Shown here in pieces: positions 29,180-37,936 of a DNA stretch of 64,000 bases (position 1 is its first letter; every line of letters begins with the position of its first letter). Below the pieces are notes generated by a model. That model did no database searches. It was given only the letters and a program-made list of their open reading frames with translations, and was not told the origin of the DNA. The translations under genes were made by a program, and so were the position numbers. This DNA is from an uncultured Gemmatimonadales bacterium (GTDB taxonomy: Bacteria > Gemmatimonadota > Gemmatimonadetes > Longimicrobiales > Longimicrobiaceae). Location: NCBI GenBank assembly GCA_963716255.1, contig OY970303.1, positions 4,576,001 through 4,640,000 on the forward strand, in the 5' to 3' direction.

Positions 29180-29668
29180 GTGGACCCCAACCAGCACCCC
29201 GAATGCGTCTTCTGCCGCATCATCGGCGGGGACGAGATGGTCAGCGTCATCTTCGAGGACGAGGAGGTCATCGCCTTCCTCGACGTGCAGCCCCTGTACC
29301 GGGGCCACGTGCTGGTGCTCCCCAAGGCGCACCACAAGAACCTGTTCTACGTCCCCGAGGAGCTGGCCGCGCGCACCTTCGCCACGGCGCGCCGCATCCT
29401 CCCGGGGCTGCGCCGCGCCACCGGGTGCCGCGCGATCAACCTGTTCTCCCCCAACGGGGCGGACGGGGGGCAGGACGTGTTCCACTTCCACCTGCACCTG
29501 ATCCCCGTCCCCGAGGGGAAGCCGTTCCCCCTGCAGCTCCCCGACCCGGGCGCCCCCGTGCCGTCGCGCTCCGAGCTGGACGTGATGGCCGCGGTGATCG
29601 GCCGCTGCGTCGCCGACGAGAACTGCGGCCAGCCCGCGCCGGACGAAGAGCTGCAGGCGGCGGGCTGA
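29180..29668 (+). CDS. HIT-family nucleotide hydrolase
   Basis: CVFCRII, GHVLVLPK and GQDVFHFHLH motifs. Confidence 0.92.
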   Translation: MDPNQHPECVFCRIIGGDEMVSVIFEDEEVIAFLDVQPLYRGHVLVLPKAHHKNLFYVPEELAARTFATARRILPGLRRATGCRAINLFSPNGADGGQDVFHFHLHLIPVPEGKPFPLQLPDPGAPVPSRSELDVMAAVIGRCVADENCGQPAPDEELQAAG

Positions 29669-29808
29669 GCCCCGGCCGGCGCCTCCCGCGCCCCCGTGCC
29701 CGCGCGCGGGCCGGGGGCGCGCGCCCCCATTGCGGAGCGGCGGCGGGCGGCGTATCCTCCCGCGTCCACTTCAGATGACCCCTCCCGCCACCGCCGTTTG
29801 ACGGGCCC

Positions 29809-30900
29809 ATGAAGCGCTTCGCCGCCTACGATCCCCCCGAGTACGCCAGCTGGACCGCCGATCCCGGGCTGGTACGGGAGTTCCGCGAGCGCGTGGACGC
29901 CGACCCCCAGCGGGCGCGGGTGATCCGCGACCTGTCCGAGGACCGCCTGCTGGAGCTGTACGCGGGGCTGGTGCGCAACCGGCTGCACGACATCGCCCTG
30001 AAGCGCTGGGTCAAGAGCGGCACCATCTCCAAGGCGTGGCTGGGCACCGGCGAGGAGGCCGCCACCATCGGCCCCGTGCACGCGCTGCGGCGCGGCGGCC
30101 CGGACCACGACGTGGTCGCGCCCATGATCCGCAACGCGGGCGCCTGCCACGAGATGGGGATGCCGGTGGCGGACATGCTGCGCGCGTACCTGGGCACCGA
30201 CGACTCCCCGTCCGGCGGGCGCGACGGGCACGTGGGCGAGCTGCGCCACGGCGTCGTCGCCCCCATCTCCCACGTGGGCGACATGGTGCCGGTGATCGCC
30301 GGGGTGGCGCTCACCTTCCGGCAGCGCGGCGAGGACCGCGTGGCGCTGACCTGGGTGGGGGACGGCTCCACCAAGACGGCCGCCTTCCACGAGGGGATCA
30401 ACCTGGCCGGGGTGTGGCGCCTCCCCGCCGTGGTCATCATCCACAACAACGGGGTGGCGCTGGGCTCCCGGCCGGAGACCGGGGGGATCGGCTCCTTCGC
30501 CGAGTGGCCGCGGATGTACGGAGTGGCCGGCGGCACCTTCGACGGCAACCACGTGCTGGACGCGTACGCGGCCGCCCGCATCGCCGTGGACCGCGCGAGG
30601 GCAGGCGACGGTGTGACGCTGCTGGTGGGCGAGACCTTCCGCATGGGCGGGCACGCCACCCACGACGAGCGCGAGGCCCGCACCCTCTTCGACGCGGCGA
30701 CGTTCGCGCGGTGGGGGAAGCGCGACCCGGTGGGGCTGTACGAGGCCTGGCTGGAGGGCGAGGGGATCCCCCGCGCCCGCCTGGAAGAGATCGAGGCCGC
30801 GATCGCCGCCGAGGTGGACGCCGCCACGGAGGAGGCTCTGCGCAGCCGCGACTCCGCCATGCCCCGGGGCGAGACGGTCACGGAGCGCGTGTACGCCTGA
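29809..30900 (+). CDS. TPP-dependent 2-oxoacid dehydrogenase E1 alpha subunit
   Basis: GDGST...NN TPP motif and RMGGHATHD. Confidence 0.9.
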   Translation: MKRFAAYDPPEYASWTADPGLVREFRERVDADPQRARVIRDLSEDRLLELYAGLVRNRLHDIALKRWVKSGTISKAWLGTGEEAATIGPVHALRRGGPDHDVVAPMIRNAGACHEMGMPVADMLRAYLGTDDSPSGGRDGHVGELRHGVVAPISHVGDMVPVIAGVALTFRQRGEDRVALTWVGDGSTKTAAFHEGINLAGVWRLPAVVIIHNNGVALGSRPETGGIGSFAEWPRMYGVAGGTFDGNHVLDAYAAARIAVDRARAGDGVTLLVGETFRMGGHATHDEREARTLFDAATFARWGKRDPVGLYEAWLEGEGIPRARLEEIEAAIAAEVDAATEEALRSRDSAMPRGETVTERVYA

Positions 30901-31007
30901 TCCGTCCCGTCCGGGTGCTTGCCCGGCGGGGGCCGCGTACGCATATTCCATGTAGTTCCCGCCACGAATCGCCCAGCAGGCAACCGCCCGCTTTCCCGGA
31001 GGCCGCC

Positions 31008-31151
31008 ATGCCGCTCCAGATCCCGAAGACTCTCACGCTCACCCGGGAGACGCTGCGCGACCTCGCCAGGGCCGGGGTGCCCATGCAGTTCGCGACCAGC
31101 GGGTACTCCTGTCTCCTGTGCCCTCTGCCGCCGACCGTCGAGAGGAAGTAA
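31008..31151 (+). CDS. Putative RiPP (lanthipeptide-like) precursor, 47 aa
   Basis: GGAGG RBS; leader LTLTRETLRDL; core ATSGYSCLLCPLPPT. Confidence 0.6.
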   Translation: MPLQIPKTLTLTRETLRDLARAGVPMQFATSGYSCLLCPLPPTVERK

Positions 31152-31374
31152 GCTCCACCCGGCCGAGCATCGCACACCACCGTCCCGGGGTTCCGGTCCT
31201 CCGGGCGCGTCCATGCTGCGATCACAATGCGTCTGGACGTAAACAGAAGGCTTGTGTGACGGCCCTCTGGTCCCGGCCGTCACGTATGCGGAGCGCCACC
31301 CGGCGCTCCGATCGACCGCGCCCGCCCCTCCGGCGGGAGCGGGGACTTCCCACCCTCCTCCAGGGAGCACCACC

Positions 31375-31533
31375 ATGCAGAAGACGTCCCGCAAGAAGCT
31401 GCAGCTCAACAAGGAGACCGTGCGCCAGCTCGTGTCCGTCGCCGGGAGCAACACCGAGCTCGTCGTCGACACGGGGGGGGAGCCGACGCTTTGCCCCACC
31501 GACGGCACCAAAACCTGCGTGATCGGCCGCTAG
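31375..31533 (+). CDS. Putative RiPP (lanthipeptide-like) precursor, 52 aa
   Basis: GGGAG RBS; leader KKLQLNKETVRQL; core TGGEPTLCPTDGTKTCVIGR. Confidence 0.7.
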   Translation: MQKTSRKKLQLNKETVRQLVSVAGSNTELVVDTGGEPTLCPTDGTKTCVIGR

Positions 31534-31651
31534 AACGGTAGGAGGAAGTGTATGCGGGGGCGTCCGGCGCATGCCGGGCGCCCCATGGCTTTTTCGGCAC
31601 CGGTCAGTTCTGAACGGCTACGGCTTACGGCAGCGGATATGGACGGGGGCA

Positions 31652-31860
31652 GGGCGTGCCCCCGGCTGCGCCGGGGTCGGGCTTCGGCTCCGTAAGCCAG
31701 CAAACAACGCTGACTAACGGAGTCGAGCCCCGGCAAACTGCCGCCGGGTCTCGCCCCTTCGGGCCGAAATCCCTCACGCGGGGCTCGTGCTGGCGTCCGC
31801 GAGTATCGGCCCCCTCACCCCCCGGCCCCCTCTCCCCCGCAAGCGGGGGAAAGGGGGAGC
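31652..31860 (+). repeat. Family-A copy 6 (31652-31780) plus C-rich/G-rich hairpin tail
   Basis: Inner stem GCCAGC/GCTGAC; tail CCCCTCACCCCC...CCCCTCTCCCCCGCAAGCGGGGGAAAGGGGG. Confidence 0.88.
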
Positions 31861-32047
31861 ACGACAACGAAACGGCTGTTGCCGTTCCGGGATCTGCACC
31901 GGGAGGTCGGGGGAGGAGCCTCTCCCGGCCGACCCCATCCCGGAGCCTGCCGGAATGGCTCGCAGTCCGTCCCTGGCCAGCCTCAAACGAAGTGCGGGTC
32001 CCCACCACGTGGCGGGGACCCGCTTTGCTTCAGCCGGCGTGGCGCTT

Positions 32048-32254
32048 CTACTCCGCCACGTCGCCCCACTTGATGAACTCGAAGGCGGTGCGGCACGCGC
32101 GGCACCAGTACTGCGCCACCGACAGCTGCCCGCCGAAGGGGTTCACCAGGTGGGTCTCGCGCCCGTCGCAGAAGGGGCACGGCGCGCTCTCGGGGAGCAG
32201 CTCCGGCTCGGCTCCGCCGGGGAGCGGGCCGCGGGCGTCGGGTTCGCGCGTCAT
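32048..32254 (-). CDS. Stand-alone PaaD-type C-terminal zinc ribbon
   Basis: CPFCDGRET...FGG...YWCRACRTAFEFIK. Confidence 0.8.
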   Translation of the reverse strand: MTREPDARGPLPGGAEPELLPESAPCPFCDGRETHLVNPFGGQLSVAQYWCRACRTAFEFIKWGDVAE

Positions 32255-33090
32255 TCCAGCAGCAGCGCGCGGTTCTTGTCGCCGCGGGCGCGGGACGCCG
32301 TCGTCTCGTCCAGCGAGCCGCCGGCGCGGCGGGTGGCCTGGTCCCAGCCGCCCCACTGCAGCGTCCCGGCGTACTCGCCGGCCGCGCCGAGGCCGGCGTC
32401 CTCCGCGAGACCCGTTTCGGCGAGCAGCGGCGCGACGCGGGCCAGGAAGCGGGCGCGCAGCTCCGTGGGGCCGGCCGTCACCAGCCCCTCCTCCACCAGG
32501 CGGCGCGCGGCGGGGGCGTCGTCGTCGCCCAGCCAGCGCAGCGCCTCCGGGAGGTAGCGGCGCAGCGACGCGGCCAGCTCCGCGCGCACCCCGGGAACCG
32601 TCGCCATGCGGCGCGTCCAGCCGGCGGCGTACTGGAAGTGGAAGCGCTCCTCGTCCAGCATCTTCTGCACGCGGTTGTGCGCCGGCGAGTAGCGGCTGTC
32701 CGCAAGCGCGGAGTACTGCACGGCGAGCGCGGTGTCCACCAGGAGCCCGGCGGCGATCATGTCCGCCCACGAGCCGAAGCCCGCGTCAAGCGCCGGGTGG
32801 CTGCGGTACTCCGCCGCCGCCCGCTCGTGCTCCAGCGCCTTCGGCTCCTCGCCGAAGTCGCCCAGCAGCGCGTAGGTCAGGCGCGCGTGGCCCCACTCGT
32901 CCTGCGCCATGGACGACGCGGCGATCCCCGCCTCCAGCGTGGGGGCGCCCAGCATGCGGTCGCTGTAGCGCAGCCCCAGCACGCGCTTGCTGTCCGCCAG
33001 CGCCAGGAGGAGGGCGCGCAGAGCGGCGCGCGCGTCCTCCGGCAGCCCGGCCGCGCTTTCCAGGCGGGCCTCCGTCGCGGGGGCGCTCAC
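32251..33090 (-). CDS. paaC: PaaC-like epoxidase subunit
   Basis: LADSK..LG.R...APTLE..IA.SSMAQDEWGHAR and EERFH motifs. Confidence 0.8.
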   Translation of the reverse strand: MSAPATEARLESAAGLPEDARAALRALLLALADSKRVLGLRYSDRMLGAPTLEAGIAASSMAQDEWGHARLTYALLGDFGEEPKALEHERAAAEYRSHPALDAGFGSWADMIAAGLLVDTALAVQYSALADSRYSPAHNRVQKMLDEERFHFQYAAGWTRRMATVPGVRAELAASLRRYLPEALRWLGDDDAPAARRLVEEGLVTAGPTELRARFLARVAPLLAETGLAEDAGLGAAGEYAGTLQWGGWDQATRRAGGSLDETTASRARGDKNRALLLE

Positions 33091-33389
33091 CGGGCCTCCT
33101 TCACGGCCAGCTCGCCGCCGCCGTACGAGCCGGTGCCGCGGGCGTGCACCAGCTCCTGCTCGGCGTCCTCCTCGTGCCCCATGAGCGTCACGAACTGGCT
33201 CTCGCCCGGGTCCACCGGGATGATGGCGGAGCGGGGGATCACGCACATCTCCGCCCAGTTCTGCTCGTCGTACGTCTTCCAGGCGTAGACGCGGGCCAGG
33301 TCGCCCGTCTCGGCGTTGATGAAGCCGATGTGGCGCAGCGGCTCGCCCCGGGTCTTGCGCGCGAACACTTCGAAAACGGGCTCTCTCAA
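33087..33389 (-). CDS. paaB: PaaB-like small subunit (TTG start)
   Basis: FEVFARK..GEPLRHIG.INA...LA...A...Y and VIPRSAI; operon context. Confidence 0.75.
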   Translation of the reverse strand: MREPVFEVFARKTRGEPLRHIGFINAETGDLARVYAWKTYDEQNWAEMCVIPRSAIIPVDPGESQFVTLMGHEEDAEQELVHARGTGSYGGGELAVKEAR

Positions 33390-33442
33390 GGGAGTGCGAA
33401 AGTGCGTGAGTACGTGGGTGCGAGACCGCCCCGTGCGGCTCG

Positions 33443-33841
33443 CTACATCGAGACGCCGAAGCGGCGCAGCGCCTCGCGCCCCTCGGGCGAGATGCGCGCC
33501 TTGGTCCAGGCGGGGGTCCACGTCTCCACGACGCGCACCTCCTCCACTCCGGGCTCGCGGCGCAGCCGGTCCTCGATGTCGAAGTGGATGAACGCCATGC
33601 ACGGGCAGGCCGTGGCGGTGAAGGTCAGGTCCACCTCCACCGCGCCGCCCTCCCGCCGCACGTCGTAGATCAGCCCCAGGTCCACCAGGGAGATGGGGAT
33701 CTCCGGGTCCATCACCTCGCGGAGCGCGTCCCAGAGCGGGCCCGCGCGCTCCTCCGCCGGCACCGGGTACGCCGCGGGCGCGTCCAGGACGGCCGCCGCC
33801 CCGCCCCCGCCGAACCGCTCGGACGACGTGGCGCAGGACAT
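33443..33841 (-). CDS. paaD: DUF59/PaaD N-terminal metal-sulfur cluster assembly protein
   Basis: LREVMDPEIPISLVDLGLIY, TATACP and WTPAWT motifs. Confidence 0.85.
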   Translation of the reverse strand: MSCATSSERFGGGGAAAVLDAPAAYPVPAEERAGPLWDALREVMDPEIPISLVDLGLIYDVRREGGAVEVDLTFTATACPCMAFIHFDIEDRLRREPGVEEVRVVETWTPAWTKARISPEGREALRRFGVSM

Positions 33842-34782
33842 CAGGCGGCCTCCAGCATGCCCCGGAAGGCGCGGCCCTCCTGGATGGACTCGATGAACTG
33901 CTTGTTGGCCGGGCCGCGCCCCTTCCAGCGCTCGAACACCTGGCTCCACGAGATCCCGCCCTCGCCGAAGAGCCAGCGCTTCTCGTCCTCGTCGTACTGG
34001 CAGGGGAACGGGTAGTCGAGCACGAACTTCTGCTCCTCCTCGCTCCAGTGCGCAGGCACCTCCACGCCGATGGACTCGCAGAGCGGCACCGTGCTCTTCA
34101 TCCACGTCTGGCGCAGCTCGTCGTTGGTCATCCCCTTGAGGCGGTACTCCAGCTGGCCGGAGTGGCGCTTCATGTCGTCCGGCAGGCCGAACCACTCCAC
34201 CGCCATGGGGAACATCCAATCCACCGCGCGCTGCACCTTTTCCTTGGCCTCGCCGCCGGCGCCCGCCAGGCGCTTCATCCACATCTCGCCGTGGCGCAGG
34301 TGGAAGGTCTCCTCCTGGTCCACCTTGACCAGGGCGCGCTTGAGGGGGCCGTAGCTGGTGTTCTTGAAGACGTCGCCCAGGAGCGTGATCCCGGCGCGGT
34401 CGTACAGCCCGTTGGCCACCACCAGCTCCGCCCAGTTCTCCAGCGGGTGGTCGAAGCCGTAGGGATGCTTGAACTCGTGCGGCTGCCGGCCGTACACCAG
34501 CTGCTCCTTGTCCATCCCCAGGTCCTCCAGGAGACGGTAGGCGATGTTGGCGTGCGCCAGCTCGTCCTGGATGATCGCCGTGGCGGACACCATGGTGTTG
34601 GTGGACGGGGCGTCCTTCGCCGCGCCGAAGTACGCCGGCGCCGACACCAGCTCGGTGTCCGCCTGCACCAGCAGCTGCACGATCAGGGCGTTGCGGTACC
34701 CCTCCGTCATCTCGTCCGGGTACTCCACCACGAACCCGTTCTGGACCTTCTGCTTCAGCTCCTCGTCCGTATATCGAGCCAT
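33841..34782 (-). CDS. paaA: PaaA-like ferritin-fold di-iron aryl-CoA epoxidase subunit
   Basis: QDELAH and EETFH di-iron ligands, SYGPLKRAL and VQRAVDWMF. Confidence 0.82.
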   Translation of the reverse strand: MARYTDEELKQKVQNGFVVEYPDEMTEGYRNALIVQLLVQADTELVSAPAYFGAAKDAPSTNTMVSATAIIQDELAHANIAYRLLEDLGMDKEQLVYGRQPHEFKHPYGFDHPLENWAELVVANGLYDRAGITLLGDVFKNTSYGPLKRALVKVDQEETFHLRHGEMWMKRLAGAGGEAKEKVQRAVDWMFPMAVEWFGLPDDMKRHSGQLEYRLKGMTNDELRQTWMKSTVPLCESIGVEVPAHWSEEEQKFVLDYPFPCQYDEDEKRWLFGEGGISWSQVFERWKGRGPANKQFIESIQEGRAFRGMLEAA

Positions 34783-34848
34783 GTGCGTTTCTCCGTTGCC
34801 ATGAAATGGGAGCGCCGCGCGCCGCTGCAAGCGCCGCGCCCCGTCCCT

Positions 34849-35508
34849 CTACGCCGCTCCCCCGCGGAGCTGCTCCTGCTGCACCCCGAAGACGAACCGG
34901 GTCAGCTCCCGGCGCGCCGCGGGCGGCACCGAGGTGAACTCCACCGCCGTCCAGAAGCGCCCCTCCGGCGCCGCGCCCCCGTTCTCGCCGCCGCGCACCA
35001 CCCGCCCCGCGAACTCCACCGGCGGCCCGCCCCCGGGAAGGTGCAGCCGTGCCTCCAGCTCCGCCCCCGCCTCCACCGGCTCCGGGAAGGCCGCGCGCAT
35101 CCCGCCCTCGCTCACGTCCAGGGTGGTGCCGGCCAGCTCACGCGCGGGTCCGCCGGGGGGCGCCGTCCGCACCTCCACCCGCACCCGCGCATCCACGCGG
35201 ACCGAATCGCGCCGCTGTACCCGCTGCGCGCTCTGAGGCCAGGTGATGACCAGCGCGGGGCCGGGCTCCGCCGCGCGGCGCAGCACCGTCGCCGCGAACA
35301 CGTGCACGCCGTCCGGGTGCGTGCTCTGCACGTCCAGCACGGTCCCCGGCTCCACCCGCACCTCGTCCCCGCGGAGCACGGGCGCCGCCACCCGGATCTC
35401 CCGGCCCTCCTCGAAGTCCAGGACCCGGCTGGGGTACCACCCCGGGCCTTCGCCCCCGCCCACGCGGAGGGACACCGGCTGCATGGGGTTTATGAAGCGC
35501 TGCGGCAT
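34849..35508 (-). CDS. YcgR-like PilZ-domain c-di-GMP effector
   Basis: QRRDSVR (RxxxR) and DVSEGG (DxSxxG). Confidence 0.88.
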   Translation of the reverse strand: MPQRFINPMQPVSLRVGGGEGPGWYPSRVLDFEEGREIRVAAPVLRGDEVRVEPGTVLDVQSTHPDGVHVFAATVLRRAAEPGPALVITWPQSAQRVQRRDSVRVDARVRVEVRTAPPGGPARELAGTTLDVSEGGMRAAFPEPVEAGAELEARLHLPGGGPPVEFAGRVVRGGENGGAAPEGRFWTAVEFTSVPPAARRELTRFVFGVQQEQLRGGAA

Positions 35509-35561
35509 CGGCGTGTCCAGGCGTCGAACCGGCGGGGCGGAGCGCCTCGTCGGCTTCCGTT

Positions 35562-35611
35562 CGAACGATCGTTCGGCAGGGAAGGTACAACCTTTCCGGG
35601 CCCCGCGTCAA
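35562..35611 (-). promoter_or_regulatory. Candidate sigma70 promoter with a 14-bp palindromic operator at the start site
   Basis: Minus strand TTGACG-N18-TACCTT; palindrome CGAACGATCGTTCG at 35562-35575. Confidence 0.55.
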
Positions 35612-35647
35612 CCCGGTCGCGGGTGGGCGGACCGGCTGCGGGAGCGC

Positions 35648-36430
35648 TCAGACCTTGCTGTTCGGCGTCTCCACCGTGTCCGTGCCGTCCGGCTGCGGAA
35701 CCAGGTGCATGTCGCCGAAGATGTGCGGCGCCTCATCTCGCAGGAGGTGCAGGACGGCAGCGGCCAGACGGCGGATCTCCACGTCCGCGGCGCTGCTCCC
35801 GCGCATCTCCGCGAAGTGGCGCCAGGCGCGAGCGTTCCCCGTCACCACGATCTTGGTCTCGGCGCAGTTGGGGAGCACGGCGCGGGCCGCCTGCCGGGCG
35901 CGCTTCTTCCGCATGGTGGCGGGGCCGTCGTCGCCCACCCGCTCGGCCATTGCGCTCAGGAGCTCGCGGTACGCTTCCAGCGACGCCTCGCACGCCCTTG
36001 CCCAGATGGGGAACCCGGGGCCGTCCTCGCCGATCTCCGGCGGCAGAACGAAGCCGATCTCCGACTCGTCCACGTACCGCTGGCTCAGCTGCGAGAAGCC
36101 GAAACCCGCCCGGTGCCGCACCAACTCGTGGGTCAACGAGCGGCTGACCCCCTCCAGGAGAAGCGTCCACACGGCGTGCTCCAGCACGCTGCCGTGCTTG
36201 ACGTTGAGGATGTTAGTCAGGTACGACTCATTGCTGGTGCGTCCCGGGATGGTCCGGTGCCCCCCCTCCAGGCCCGCGTCCTCGCCGAAGGAAAGGTAGC
36301 AGAGACGCCCGGCGAACTCCGCCACCACCTCGCCCGCGACCTCGCTGTCGCTCTCCCAGCGGATGTGCTCGGGGTAGACGAACTGCTGGCGCGCGATGAC
36401 GGTGACGCGGGGCTCGCGGATGATCTGCAT
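35648..36430 (-). CDS. thyX: FAD-dependent thymidylate synthase
   Basis: HGSVLEH, SRSLTHELVRHR, SQLSQRYV and ARAVLPN motifs. Confidence 0.95.
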   Translation of the reverse strand: MQIIREPRVTVIARQQFVYPEHIRWESDSEVAGEVVAEFAGRLCYLSFGEDAGLEGGHRTIPGRTSNESYLTNILNVKHGSVLEHAVWTLLLEGVSRSLTHELVRHRAGFGFSQLSQRYVDESEIGFVLPPEIGEDGPGFPIWARACEASLEAYRELLSAMAERVGDDGPATMRKKRARQAARAVLPNCAETKIVVTGNARAWRHFAEMRGSSAADVEIRRLAAAVLHLLRDEAPHIFGDMHLVPQPDGTDTVETPNSKV

Positions 36431-36581
36431 GGGCTCGTCTCCGGGTGGGGTGCAGGACGGGCGGAAAGCTAGACCGTCGCCCCCCCCTCCACAAGGAGCC
36501 CCGCCGGGCCGCGCACCGTTGCGCGGGCGGGGTAGGGCGCACATCTTCGGGAGCGCGCGCACCCCCACACAGGAAGCCGTC

Positions 36582-37490
36582 TTGCGGATCGTATCCCTCC
36601 TTTCCAGCGCCACCGAGATCGTCTACGAGCTGGGCCTCCAGGACCGGCTGGTGGGGATCTCCCACGAGTGCGACCACCCGCCGGAGGCGCTCCACCTCCC
36701 CCGCGCGTCGCGGTCCCGCTTCGACCCGGCGGGGCTCACCAGCGGCGAGATCGACGCGGCGGTGCGCCGCTGCATGGCGGAGGACGGGAGCGTGTACGAG
36801 GTGGACCGCGCGCTGCTCCGCGAGCTTCGCCCGGACCTGGTTCTCACCCAGGCGGTGTGCGAGGTGTGCGCCGTCCCCACCGGCTCGGTGCTGGACGCCG
36901 TGGCCGAGCTGCCGGGCGCGCCGGAGGTGCTTTCGCTGGACGCGCACACGCTGGACGGCATCCTCGCCACGGTGCGCCAGGTGGCCGACGCGGCAGGGGA
37001 GCCACGCTCCGGGGAGGCGGCGGTGGAGCGGCTGCGCGGGCGGATGGACGCCGTCGCGGAGCGCGTGGCGGGGAGGGCGCGGCCGCGGGTGCTCGCGCTG
37101 GAGTGGCTGGAGCCGCCCTTCGCGCCGGGGCACTGGGTCCCGGAGATGGTGGAGCGCGCCGGCGGGGAGAACCTGCTGGGGACGGTGGGCGGGCACTCGG
37201 TGGAGGTCCCCTGGAGCCGCGTCGAGGGGCTGGACCCGGAGCGGCTGGTCCTCCTCCCCTGCGGCTACGACCTGGAGCACGCCCGCGCCGACGCCGACCG
37301 CAGCCGCGCGCACCTGCGCGCCCTGGCCGGCGGGCTGGCCGACGCGGGGCACGCCTGGGTGGGGCACAGCGCGTTCTTCAGCCGCTCCGGCCCGCGGGTG
37401 TTGGGCGGCATCGAGGCGCTCGCCGCCGCCTTCCACCCGGACGCCTTCCCCGGCGCCGACACCCGCGGCGTCCTGGAGCGCTGGAGGTAG
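36582..37490 (+). CDS. BtuF-like/helical-backbone substrate-binding protein
   Basis: RIVSLLSSATEI, SHECD, LEWLEP..GHWVPEM and FSRSGPR motifs. Confidence 0.85.
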   Translation: MRIVSLLSSATEIVYELGLQDRLVGISHECDHPPEALHLPRASRSRFDPAGLTSGEIDAAVRRCMAEDGSVYEVDRALLRELRPDLVLTQAVCEVCAVPTGSVLDAVAELPGAPEVLSLDAHTLDGILATVRQVADAAGEPRSGEAAVERLRGRMDAVAERVAGRARPRVLALEWLEPPFAPGHWVPEMVERAGGENLLGTVGGHSVEVPWSRVEGLDPERLVLLPCGYDLEHARADADRSRAHLRALAGGLADAGHAWVGHSAFFSRSGPRVLGGIEALAAAFHPDAFPGADTRGVLERWR

Positions 37491-37564
37491 GCGCGTCGCT
37501 TGCACCCCCCCGCCGAGCGCGCCGGCGCGCGGCGCGCCCCACCCCCGCCAAGGAGACGGTCCAC

Positions 37565-37936
37565 ATGCGGCTTTCCACCCGGGTACACGGCGTCCTGGAC
37601 TACCTGGTCGGCGCGCTGCTCGCCGCGTCCCCGTGGCTGCTGGGCTTCGCGCGGGGCGGGGCGGAGACGTGGGTCCCCGTCGCCGTGGGGGCGGGCGCCG
37701 TCGTCTACAGCCTGTTCACCGACTACGAGCTGGGCGTCGTCCGGCGGCTGCAGATGAGCGTGCACCTGTGGCTGGACGGCATCGGCGGCGTCGCGCTCGC
37801 CGCCTCCCCGTGGGTGCTGGGCTTCGACGACCGCGTGTGGATCCCGCACCTCGCGCTCGGGCTTTTCGAGGTCGCGGCCGCCCTCCTCACCGACACCATT
37901 CCCGCCTACGAGCGCCGCCGTGCACAGAGAGCTTGA
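37565..37936 (+). CDS. SPW-repeat membrane protein
   Basis: HGVLDY, two ASPWxLGF motifs and YSLFTDYELG. Confidence 0.85.
   Translation: MRLSTRVHGVLDYLVGALLAASPWLLGFARGGAETWVPVAVGAGAVVYSLFTDYELGVVRRLQMSVHLWLDGIGGVALAASPWVLGFDDRVWIPHLALGLFEVAAALLTDTIPAYERRRAQRA

Noticed and set aside
31008..34782. Di-iron paa-like genes as maturases of the adjacent precursor peptides
   Set aside because: They are convergent, separated by repeats, and form a recognisable PaaA/B/C/D set with no RiPP-recognition element evident.
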